A stretch of DNA of 34,883 nucleotides from a virus: IMG/VR virus record IMGVR_UViG_3300045988_092951. One strand, written 5' to 3'. Of the stretch, positions 21,555-29,885 are shown in pieces. Each line of letters begins with the position of its first letter. The first letter of the stretch is position 1. Under the pieces are notes generated by a model. That model made no database searches and had not been told where the DNA came from. It worked only from the letters and a program-made list of their open reading frames with translations. A program made the position numbers and the translations under genes.

Positions 21555-22913
21555 ATGGGCATTATTTCAAAAATAAGGGAGTGGATAAGCAGAATGCTTT
21601 CAAAGTCAGATATAAAGGGCGTTTACGGCATTGATATCGCCGTGACGGACAGTATGATAAGAGCTATCGACAAGTGGGACAGAATGTATGCAGGTAATGC
21701 AGCACCCAAGGGAGTTCACTCTCTGCGGCTTGAACACGCTGTTGTGAGGGAGTTTGCAAACACGGCTATCAACGAAATGACCCTGAAAGTTTCCAACGAT
21801 AAGCTTGATGCCATAATGAAAAACGCCCTTGAAAACCTCAACAAAAATCTGCAAAGAGGTCTTGCAACAGGAGCAATGATAATAAAGCCGCTGGGGGCTG
21901 ATAAGGTGCAGTATGTTCCGCAGTCGCAATTTATTCCTGTGGAGTATGACGTGAACGGCAGGCTTATAAAGGTCATTTTCCCTGAGATAAAACGCATGGG
22001 CGATAATGATTACCGCATAAGGCTTGAATATCACGCTCTGGACTATGAAAAAGGACTGACTATCACAAACAGGGCTTTTCGCTCCAATGACGGCGTGTCT
22101 CTCGGGGCTGAGATGCCCCTCACAGCTGTTTCAGAGTGGGCGGAGCTTATTCCTAAGATAGCCTATCCCCTTATGCTGCGACCCTCTTTCGGCTATTATG
22201 TCAACCCTATCGACAATACAGTTGACGGTTCACATTCAGGCGTATCAGTGTTCGCAGGGGCGGAAGAAGTCATAAGAAAAGCTGATATCCAATTCGGCAG
22301 GCTCGATTGGGAGTTTGAATCAGGAGAGCGTGCCATAGACGTTGACGAGGCTGTGTTAAGACCTGTGACAGACCCGTTCACAGGTAAGAAGCGTGCAGAA
22401 ATGCCTAAGCTCAATGAACGGCTTTTCAGAGGGGTAAACGTGGCGGCTGGCACGAGCGGTGACTTTTATCACGAGTTCTCACCGCAGTTAAGACAGGCTG
22501 ATTTTATCGCAGGACTTGAAGAATACAAGCGTGAAATAGAGTTTGCTGTGGGGCTGTCCTATGGGGATATTTCAAACCCTCAGACAGTTGATAAGACGGC
22601 AACGGAGATAAAGTCCTCAAAGCAGAGAAAGTTCGATACTGTCACGGCAATACAGAATAACCTCCGTGTCTGCCTTGAAGACCTCTGCTATTCGCTGGCG
22701 TTCTATAATGGGCTTACTCAAAGCGGTTATGAGCTGTCTGTGAACTTTGAGGACAGTATCCTTGCAGATGATGAAACAAAGCGTGCAAGTGATCGTCAGG
22801 ACGTTTCTATGGGCATTATGCCACTGTGGGAATACCGAATGAAATGGTATGGTGAGGACGAGGAAACGGCTAAGAAAATGACCTCCGACAGCACCGCAGA
22901 GGTGATAGAATAA
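21555..22913 (+). CDS. Portal protein (SPP1 gp6-like size and position)
   Basis: 452 aa, between terL and the MuF-type head protein. Confidence 0.75.
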   Translation: MGIISKIREWISRMLSKSDIKGVYGIDIAVTDSMIRAIDKWDRMYAGNAAPKGVHSLRLEHAVVREFANTAINEMTLKVSNDKLDAIMKNALENLNKNLQRGLATGAMIIKPLGADKVQYVPQSQFIPVEYDVNGRLIKVIFPEIKRMGDNDYRIRLEYHALDYEKGLTITNRAFRSNDGVSLGAEMPLTAVSEWAELIPKIAYPLMLRPSFGYYVNPIDNTVDGSHSGVSVFAGAEEVIRKADIQFGRLDWEFESGERAIDVDEAVLRPVTDPFTGKKRAEMPKLNERLFRGVNVAAGTSGDFYHEFSPQLRQADFIAGLEEYKREIEFAVGLSYGDISNPQTVDKTATEIKSSKQRKFDTVTAIQNNLRVCLEDLCYSLAFYNGLTQSGYELSVNFEDSILADDETKRASDRQDVSMGIMPLWEYRMKWYGEDEETAKKMTSDSTAEVIE

Positions 22914-24466
22914 TGCTCAAAGCAAGCGAGATAGAGCGAACTTCAATGGTTCTTGATAAGCCCCTGCGTGACCTTGAAATGCAGATAATGGAGGACATCG
23001 TCCGCAGGATAAAGATAAACGGCGAGATAACACGTTCGGCAGATTGGCAGATATACAGGCTTCACGAGCTTGGAATGAGCAAGCGTGAGATAAAGAAAGC
23101 CATAGCCGATAACCTTGACCTCTCCAAAGCTGAGATAAAAGAGCTGTACAATGAAATCCTGCAAAAAGGCTATGAATGGGACGATAGCATATACAAGACC
23201 AAAGGCAAGGCACGGATACCCCTTGAAGAAAATGAGGGGCTGCAAAGGCTGCTGTCGGCTGTATCGGAGCAGACTTCGGGGGAGCTTAAAAACATATCTC
23301 AGTCACTTGGATTTGCAGTAAAACAGCCTGACGGCAAGTTGAAATTCACGCAGGCGGCAGACTTCTATCAACAGAGCCTTGACAACGCCATAATGGGCAT
23401 AGCAAGCGGAGCGTTCGATTATAACACGGTCATAAAGAAAGTCATTTCGGATATGACGAACTCAGGTCTGCGTACTGTGGACTATGCCACAGGCTGGAGC
23501 AACAGGGCAGACGTAGCCGCAAGGCGTTCGGTGATGACAGGGCTTTCACAGCTGACCGCAAAAATGAATGAGGACAACGCCAAAGAGCTTGGCACAGACT
23601 ATTTTGAAGTCACTTGGCACAGTGGGGCAAGACCTTCTCATCAAGAATGGCAGGGCAAGGTCTACAGCAAAAAAGAACTTGAAACTATCTGCGGTCTTGG
23701 TACTGTGACAGGTCTGTGCGGAGCGAATTGCTATCACGATTATTACCCTTTTATTCCCGGCATATCTGAGCGTTCCTATACAGATGAGGAGCTTGCACAG
23801 ATGAATGCAGAGGAGAACAAGCCTGTTAAGTACGGTGATAAAGAGTACACAAAGTATGAAGCTTTACAGCGGCAAAGAAAGCTTGAAACTGCAATGAGAG
23901 CTCAGCGACAGAAGATACATCTTCTTGAAGAGGCGGGCGCAGATAAGGAGGATATCATCAACGCACGCTGCCGATATCGTGGCACTTCCCAAGAGTATAC
24001 AAGGTTTTCAAAAGCAATGGGTCTGCCTCAGCAGAGAGAGCGTGTGAACGCCGACGGACTGGGGAATATCGGGGCGGGAAAAACCAAGATAGACTTGACG
24101 CAAAAAGATTATAGTGATATAATTGATATGAAAGGTAAGATGTCTGATATAGACGTGCGAAAGTGGTACAGACACCATAATAAAAATATTCCTCAGCTTA
24201 TCGACAAAAGCAAGTCTATTGAAGAACAGGCAAGACAAGCTTGTGAACTGCGTAACAAATATCGCTTTCAGGCAAGAGAGTTAATGGAAGATCAAAAAGC
24301 TCGTAAAACCCTTGACCAGACCGAACCTATCATTTCTTTTGAAGACTTGGTATCAAATAAAATGGTACGAAAAAACATGAGCAGAGAAGAAGCTGTAGCA
24401 GACACTTTGAAGACCGCTGTAAAAACACGAAGATCAGTAGATAAAAGGTATGGATTGGATGATTAG
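22913..24466 (+). CDS. Minor head protein (SPP1 gp7 / Phage_Mu_F type) with an AT-rich C-terminal extension
   Basis: MuF-type core VTWHSGARPSHQEWQGKVY...CGANCYHDYYPF. The last ~120 codons (about 24100-24466) are visibly AT-rich. Confidence 0.8.
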   Translation: MLKASEIERTSMVLDKPLRDLEMQIMEDIVRRIKINGEITRSADWQIYRLHELGMSKREIKKAIADNLDLSKAEIKELYNEILQKGYEWDDSIYKTKGKARIPLEENEGLQRLLSAVSEQTSGELKNISQSLGFAVKQPDGKLKFTQAADFYQQSLDNAIMGIASGAFDYNTVIKKVISDMTNSGLRTVDYATGWSNRADVAARRSVMTGLSQLTAKMNEDNAKELGTDYFEVTWHSGARPSHQEWQGKVYSKKELETICGLGTVTGLCGANCYHDYYPFIPGISERSYTDEELAQMNAEENKPVKYGDKEYTKYEALQRQRKLETAMRAQRQKIHLLEEAGADKEDIINARCRYRGTSQEYTRFSKAMGLPQQRERVNADGLGNIGAGKTKIDLTQKDYSDIIDMKGKMSDIDVRKWYRHHNKNIPQLIDKSKSIEEQARQACELRNKYRFQARELMEDQKARKTLDQTEPIISFEDLVSNKMVRKNMSREEAVADTLKTAVKTRRSVDKRYGLDD

Positions 24467-24468
24467 CA

Positions 24469-24711
24469 ATGAAAAAATATGAATACAATATTTGCACGGC
24501 TGCGGACAAAGAAATTTTTGAAAAGCAATGTGCGGCATTGGAAAAGCATATCCCAGGCATTGAACGGTCCGATATGCTGACAGATGTTGACGGCTCACAA
24601 ACGCAGATATATGAATTAAACGGAAAGAAGATAATCGTACACAACAGTTATTATATTGACGCTGTGTACATTGATTCAGAAGTTGAACTTACAGAGTATT
24701 TCAAACGATAA
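24469..24711 (+). CDS. Hypothetical 80-aa protein (candidate immunity protein for the MuF C-terminal domain)
   Basis: It starts 2 nt after the MuF stop, has the same AT-rich composition, and is followed by two terminators. Confidence 0.6.
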   Translation: MKKYEYNICTAADKEIFEKQCAALEKHIPGIERSDMLTDVDGSQTQIYELNGKKIIVHNSYYIDAVYIDSEVELTEYFKR

Positions 24712-24715
24712 TTTT

Positions 24716-24747
24716 ACCGCTTGACTAAGGTCGGGCGGTATTTTTAT
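24716..24747 (+). terminator. Rho-independent terminator
   Basis: Stem accgcttgac/gtcgggcggt (with G-U pairs), loop taag, then attttta. Confidence 0.6.
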
Positions 24748-24765
24748 ACCCAAATATCGGAACTA

Positions 24766-24790
24766 AGCACCTTAACGGGTGCTTTTTTCA
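24766..24790 (+). terminator. Second rho-independent terminator
   Basis: agcacc (24766-24771) pairs with ggtgct (24778-24783), followed by TTTTTT. Confidence 0.65.
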
Positions 24791-24879
24791 TTCCATTTCG
24801 TCCTTGATATGACGTTAAACTGTCAGACTTTCACACCGCAGACAGAGCGGTATATAAGCTATGTAGAAAGGACAAACAT

Positions 24880-25491
24880 ATGAAAAACATTTTTGAGATC
24901 CTTGCCGCTCTGGGTATCGTTATCCCTGAGGACAAGAAACAGGACATCACAAAACAGGTGGCAGAGAATTATAAGACTGTGGCTGAGTTTGAAAAGGTGA
25001 AAAGCCGCCTTGAGGTGGAGCGTGATAACTATAAGGACAGCCTCGATACCGCACAGAACTCTCTCAAAGAATTTGAGGGTGTGGACGTCAAGGAGCTTAA
25101 CGGCAAAGTCGCACAGCTCACCGCTGACCTTGCTAAGAAAGATACCGAGTATCAGGCGAAGATATCTGATATGGAGTTTGACGCTACCCTTGATAACGCT
25201 ATCTCAGCAAGCAAGGCAAGAAACGTCAAGGCTCTTAAAGCTTTGCTTGATGTGGAAACTCTCAAAGCTTCCAAAAATCAGGCTGAGGATATCAAGACGG
25301 CTATCGAGAACGTGAAGAAAGATAACGATTATCTTTTTGAAAGTTCCGAGCCTATCAAGAACCCGGTTGCTCCCACAGGCACGCCTGCCGCAGGTGAAGT
25401 GAGCAAGGAAACCTTTGCAAAGATGGGGTATATGCAGAGGCTGGAACTTAAACGAACAGACCCCGAAAAATACGAACAGTTGAAAGGATAG
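24880..25491 (+). CDS. Scaffolding protein (Phage_GP20-like)
   Basis: Coiled-coil protein of 203 aa directly upstream of the capsid gene. The segment YKTVAEFEKVKSRLEVERDNYK is typical of this scaffold family. Confidence 0.75.
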   Translation: MKNIFEILAALGIVIPEDKKQDITKQVAENYKTVAEFEKVKSRLEVERDNYKDSLDTAQNSLKEFEGVDVKELNGKVAQLTADLAKKDTEYQAKISDMEFDATLDNAISASKARNVKALKALLDVETLKASKNQAEDIKTAIENVKKDNDYLFESSEPIKNPVAPTGTPAAGEVSKETFAKMGYMQRLELKRTDPEKYEQLKG

Positions 25492-25497
25492 GATATT

Positions 25498-26568
25498 ATG
25501 AAAATGACAAATGGCATTAGAATTTCTATGCAGTATTTCGCAGAGCAGACAAAGATCACCGACCTTATCGATCCTGAGGTGATGAGTGATATGATCGACG
25601 CAAAGATAGAGTCTAAGATAACTGTATCTCCCTTTGCGAAGATAGACAGAACGCTCGTTGGCGTGCCTGGCGATACTATCACAGTGCCGCAGTATAAGTA
25701 TATCGGCGACGCAGTTGATGTTGCAGAGGGCGTTGAAGCCGAAACTGTCAAGCTTGAAACAGACTCCACTCAGGCTAAGGTGAAGAAAGCCATGAAAGCG
25801 GTGGAGATAACTGATGAAGCACTTCTCAGCGGCTATGGAAACCCTGCAGGTCAGGCGACTTCACAGCTTGCAATGTCTATCGCTTCTAAGGTGGACGCAG
25901 ACAGCATGGACGCACTTATGAAAGCTCAGCTCATCTATGACGGCTCGGCTTCTGCTATCTCTTACAGCGGCATTGTTGACGCTGTTGACAAGTTCAATGA
26001 GGAGCTGAACACCGAAAAGGCTATGTTTATTAATCCTCATCAGAACTCACAGCTTAGAAAGGACCCAAACTTCATTTCAGCAGATAAGTATGACGGCAAT
26101 GTGGTCATGACAGGCGAGATAGGCAAAATAGCGAACTGCCGTATCGTTCCGTCAAAGAAGGTTTCACTTAACGAGGCTATCCCAGAACAGTATGTGAGAG
26201 TTGACAGCGATGCAGAGGGTGCAAAGGAAGTTGTTGCGGACAGCACAGCTTCACCAACTGCTTCACAGATAAAGCTCGGCTCAGTAACGCCTTGTGCAGA
26301 TGGCTACACTCCAAAGGTGGGTGACTATGTTGTAAAGAACGCCGCTGTTAAGGCGGGCACTTTCTACACATGCCCTATCATCAAGCTCAACGCTGATACT
26401 GAAACAGAGGACGAAACATCAGCTCTGACTATCTACCTCAAGCGTGACACCAACGTTGAAACAGAGAGAAGAAGCACAAAGCGCTGCACAGATATATCTG
26501 CTGACAAGCATTACACTGTGGCTATTTCAGACCAGTCAAAGGTAGTGCTTGCAAGATTCAAGAAGTAA
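25498..26568 (+). CDS. Major capsid protein
   Basis: 356 aa, immediately after the scaffold gene. Strong RBS and high-expression-like codon composition. Confidence 0.75.
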   Translation: MKMTNGIRISMQYFAEQTKITDLIDPEVMSDMIDAKIESKITVSPFAKIDRTLVGVPGDTITVPQYKYIGDAVDVAEGVEAETVKLETDSTQAKVKKAMKAVEITDEALLSGYGNPAGQATSQLAMSIASKVDADSMDALMKAQLIYDGSASAISYSGIVDAVDKFNEELNTEKAMFINPHQNSQLRKDPNFISADKYDGNVVMTGEIGKIANCRIVPSKKVSLNEAIPEQYVRVDSDAEGAKEVVADSTASPTASQIKLGSVTPCADGYTPKVGDYVVKNAAVKAGTFYTCPIIKLNADTETEDETSALTIYLKRDTNVETERRSTKRCTDISADKHYTVAISDQSKVVLARFKK

Positions 26569-26582
26569 AGAGGTGCGGCAGT

Positions 26583-26951
26583 ATGAAAGCATATGCAAAC
26601 GAGAGCTATTATATAGGCGTTTATCTTTGCGGCAGAGAGCCTGACATATCTGCCGCTTTTGACTTCTATGCAATGCAAGCCACAAGCCTTATGAAGCAAT
26701 ATACCCTTGACAACGTTGACGAGAACGATATCCCCGAAGAAGTGAAAATGTGCTGCTGTGAGCTTGCGGAGAATATCTTCAAGGCAGAGCAGGAGGGCGG
26801 CACTCAGGGGGTATCTTCCGAAAGCGTTGGGGGCTGGTCAAAGTCATATGAAAGCTCAGATATCCGCAGACAGAACGCTGACAGAGCCGTTCACGATATC
26901 GTGTACAAATGGCTCAGCGGAACAGGGCTGCTTTACAGAGGGGTGAGGTAA
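26583..26951 (+). CDS. Head-tail connector (gp6-like)
   Basis: 122 aa, first gene after the capsid gene. AGAGGTG RBS. Confidence 0.6.
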   Translation: MKAYANESYYIGVYLCGREPDISAAFDFYAMQATSLMKQYTLDNVDENDIPEEVKMCCCELAENIFKAEQEGGTQGVSSESVGGWSKSYESSDIRRQNADRAVHDIVYKWLSGTGLLYRGVR

Positions 26952-27308
26952 ATGCTTGCAAACAGTGATTGCACGGTGTATCTTTTCGACAAGCAGACAG
27001 GGGGATTTGTGCGGAAATATGCAGAAAAAGTTTATTGGTGCGAAAACAGGTCGGGAAGTATCGTGAAAAGCGGTATGCAGACCTCAGACAGCACAAGGGT
27101 GTATTTCTATGATGATAATGCACCGAAAACCCCTGCAAAGGATATGCTTGTGAGAGGAAAATGTGAGTTTGAGTTCGATAATCAAACGCCGCAGAGCATA
27201 TCTGAGAGCATGAAAATGTTCCGTGCGGAGTATGACTTTGTTACGGTAATGAGCATTGATGATTATATGTTCGGTGGTCTGCCACATATGGAGGTGAGCG
27301 TGAAATGA
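26952..27308 (+). CDS. Head-closure / head-tail joining protein (hypothetical)
   Basis: Position in the connector block. GGGGTGAGG RBS. Confidence 0.5.
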   Translation: MLANSDCTVYLFDKQTGGFVRKYAEKVYWCENRSGSIVKSGMQTSDSTRVYFYDDNAPKTPAKDMLVRGKCEFEFDNQTPQSISESMKMFRAEYDFVTVMSIDDYMFGGLPHMEVSVK

Positions 27309-27742
27309 AGATAGGTCAGCCTATGGACAGCAGAGCTATCACTTGGGATAAGTCCTTTGCAGGCAAGTATTCAGATCGCTTTGATAAGGCTCAAAAGTTC
27401 ATTGACGCCGAGTGCATAAGGCATATGGTGAAGTATACACCTACCCTCAGCACTAATCTGAGAAAGTCTGCCACGAGAGGCACAAAAATAGGCAGCGGCA
27501 AGATACAGTATCTTGCACCTTACGCACGCTATCAGTATTACGGCAAGCTTATGGTATCCTCTGTTACAGGCTCGTCTTACGCCCGACATGGAGAAAAGAA
27601 AGTGCTGACGGATAAAGACCTTGTTTACAGCACTTTTAAAGAGCCAATTACCGGCAAGCTTTGGTTTGAGCGAATGAAAGCCGACAAGAAACAGCAGATA
27701 CTCAGAGGAGCGGCGGCGATAATGGGAGGCAAAGCGAAATGA
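27305..27742 (+). CDS. Minor capsid / head-tail joining protein (Minor_capsid-type)
   Basis: ATGA overlap. The segments APYARYQYYG ... KLWFERMKADKK resemble the minor-capsid family. Confidence 0.55.
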   Translation: MKIGQPMDSRAITWDKSFAGKYSDRFDKAQKFIDAECIRHMVKYTPTLSTNLRKSATRGTKIGSGKIQYLAPYARYQYYGKLMVSSVTGSSYARHGEKKVLTDKDLVYSTFKEPITGKLWFERMKADKKQQILRGAAAIMGGKAK

Positions 27743-28182
27743 ACATAATCGAGCTTGTGAAAGATATCTTGCAGCAGTTTCCGAAAATATCGGAGGTCTG
27801 CAACGATATCCATATCGACTTTACCGACGATACGCCAACCAATTATGGCTTGTCCTCAACAGGCGACAGCTTTATAAGTTCTGATATTCTGGGCGGTCAG
27901 ACAAGACAGCATAACTTCATTCTCTATGCTGTGTATCAGTCTATGAACGACTTTGACAGAATGTCAAACAGCGGTGTGCTGCTTGAATTGCAGATGTGGC
28001 TTGAAAGCTATGCAGACAAGCACCGAGATACCACGTTCACTACCATAACAGATGACGAGGAAAGGACAGGCGTTCTTGAAAAGCTCACCTGTGCAAATGG
28101 AATGATATACGCAATACCAAATGAAAATACGAACGATACTGTGCAGTATCAATTGCAGATAGCGGCACAGTATCAGATATAA
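27739..28182 (+). CDS. Tail-terminator / minor capsid-type protein (hypothetical)
   Basis: ATGA overlap. Positioned just before the major tail protein. Confidence 0.45.
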   Translation: MNIIELVKDILQQFPKISEVCNDIHIDFTDDTPTNYGLSSTGDSFISSDILGGQTRQHNFILYAVYQSMNDFDRMSNSGVLLELQMWLESYADKHRDTTFTTITDDEERTGVLEKLTCANGMIYAIPNENTNDTVQYQLQIAAQYQI

Positions 28183-28196
28183 AAGGAGGAAAACAT

Positions 28197-28712
28197 ATGC
28201 CTGATTATTCATACAAGAGTGGAAAGCTCAACAGAAGTCATCTTCTGCATTATCTTGACACTACATTCGCAGCGGTCGCTTCATCACCAAGCTGGTATCT
28301 TCTCGGCAAGGACGTTGAGGACGCAAGTGTGGCACTCAATCCTGACACTTCCACAAAGAAGAATATCCTTGATGAAACCACAGTTGAGGACAACGGCTAT
28401 GAGCCTGAGTTCGACCTTGACACATTCTATGCAAAGCCCGGTGACGCACTTTACGAAAAGCTCAAGGATATCATGATGAATCGTCTTACCGGTGACGCCT
28501 GCAAGACAAGCGTGCTTGAAGTTATCGTTGACAAGACCACAGGTGCGTATGACGCTTGGACGGAAGATATCATCGTCAAGCCGCAGTCATATGGCGGACC
28601 ACAGGGGGGCGTAAATATCCCGTTCAACTGCACTTTTGCAGGAAACAGAGTGAAAGGCTCTGTCACCTTTGCGGCAGGCGTGCCAACGTTTGCAAAGGCT
28701 ACGGAAGAATAA
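28197..28712 (+). CDS. Major tail protein
   Basis: 171 aa, AAGGAGG RBS, followed by a hairpin, two chaperone genes and the tape measure gene. Confidence 0.7.
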   Translation: MPDYSYKSGKLNRSHLLHYLDTTFAAVASSPSWYLLGKDVEDASVALNPDTSTKKNILDETTVEDNGYEPEFDLDTFYAKPGDALYEKLKDIMMNRLTGDACKTSVLEVIVDKTTGAYDAWTEDIIVKPQSYGGPQGGVNIPFNCTFAGNRVKGSVTFAAGVPTFAKATEE

Positions 28713-28731
28713 ACTATATGACAAACATATG

Positions 28732-28765
28732 AAAGCACTTCGTTCAGAGCGGAGTGCTTTTTGTT
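28732..28765 (+). terminator. Hairpin / attenuator after the major tail gene
   Basis: aaagcact (28732-28739) pairs with agtgcttt (28753-28760), followed by a T run. Confidence 0.55.
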
Positions 28766-28792
28766 TGCCATAATACAGAAAGGATGATAAAA

Positions 28793-29314
28793 ATGTCAAT
28801 GCAGTCAATAGATTTTAACAGCGGCAATTACAAAGAGTACGCTATAAACGGTGACGAGAACAGAGTGATAAGGATAAACGTGTCAGACGTTGGTATCATC
28901 ACTAGGATACAGGACGCTATGAGTAAGGTTGACAATATCGCAGAAGAAGTGTCAGAACGTGAGAAGAATGAGGACAGAACTCAGCTTCTCAAAGAGTATG
29001 ACCAGCGTGCAAGAGATATGGTCAATGACATATTCGGAAGCGATGTGTGTACGGCTGCGCTTGGTAGCGTGAACGTGTTCTCTGTGGCTTCAAACGGCAA
29101 GCCTGTGCTTGTGAACTTCCTTGAAGCGCTTCTTATTGTGGTGGTGCAGGAGATAAAGTCAGCACAGACGGCGGCTCAGATAAAGCTCGAAGAAAAGGTG
29201 GAGAAGTACATAGCACCTGTTATCGCTCATCAACATATTGCTCAGCCTGCGGTCAACGTGGCGGAGCTTTCTGACGAGGACAAAAAGGCTCTGCTCAGGG
29301 AGCTGCTGAAATGA
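28793..29314 (+). CDS. Tail assembly chaperone
   Basis: ATG 28793 follows AAAGGA. Acidic 173-aa protein between the major tail and tape measure genes. Confidence 0.6.
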   Translation: MSMQSIDFNSGNYKEYAINGDENRVIRINVSDVGIITRIQDAMSKVDNIAEEVSEREKNEDRTQLLKEYDQRARDMVNDIFGSDVCTAALGSVNVFSVASNGKPVLVNFLEALLIVVVQEIKSAQTAAQIKLEEKVEKYIAPVIAHQHIAQPAVNVAELSDEDKKALLRELLK

Positions 29315-29883
29315 TAGGCAGTTTGCCAACAGCCCTTGAAATAGACGGCAGAGAGTATGCCATACGCTCAGATTTTCGGGCCATACTGCGGATCTATTCA
29401 GCCTTTGCAGACCCCGAACTTGACGAGCGTGAAAAGTGCTATGTGTGTCTTAAATGCCTTTATGCTGAGGATATCCCACGAGAGCATTTGCAGGAGGCTG
29501 TCAACAAGGCTTATTGGTTTGTGGGCGGTGGAGATGTTCCGCAGGAGAGCGTTCAGCCTGCAAAAACTATCGACTGGGAGCAGGACGAGAGTATTATTTT
29601 TCCTGCGGTGAACAAGGCGGCAGGCTTTGAAACGAGGACGGTAAAATATCTTCATTGGTGGACTTTTCTTGGCTATTTCAATGAGATAGGCGAGGGGCTT
29701 TTTTCGTCTGTTATAGGCATACGGCAAAAGCTTAACAAGGGCAAAAAGCTTGAAAAATACGAGCAGGAGTTTTACAGAAACCACCGCAATATGATAGACC
29801 TTAAACGAAAGCTCTCATCAGAAGAGCAGAGGGCTGAAAACGAGGACAAAGAGTTTCTGAAACAACTGACGGGAGGTGAATGA
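29311..29883 (+). CDS. Phage Gp15-family protein (second tail chaperone)
   Basis: ATGA overlap. The N-terminus LEIDGREYAIRSDFRAILRI is typical of the Gp15 family. Confidence 0.65.
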   Translation: MIGSLPTALEIDGREYAIRSDFRAILRIYSAFADPELDEREKCYVCLKCLYAEDIPREHLQEAVNKAYWFVGGGDVPQESVQPAKTIDWEQDESIIFPAVNKAAGFETRTVKYLHWWTFLGYFNEIGEGLFSSVIGIRQKLNKGKKLEKYEQEFYRNHRNMIDLKRKLSSEEQRAENEDKEFLKQLTGGE

Positions 29884-29885
29884 CA

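Noticed and set aside
28793-29883. Programmed -1 frameshift between the two tail chaperone genes
   Set aside because: No slippery heptamer lies near the junction. The second gene has its own ATG in an ATGA overlap, which is consistent with two separate proteins.
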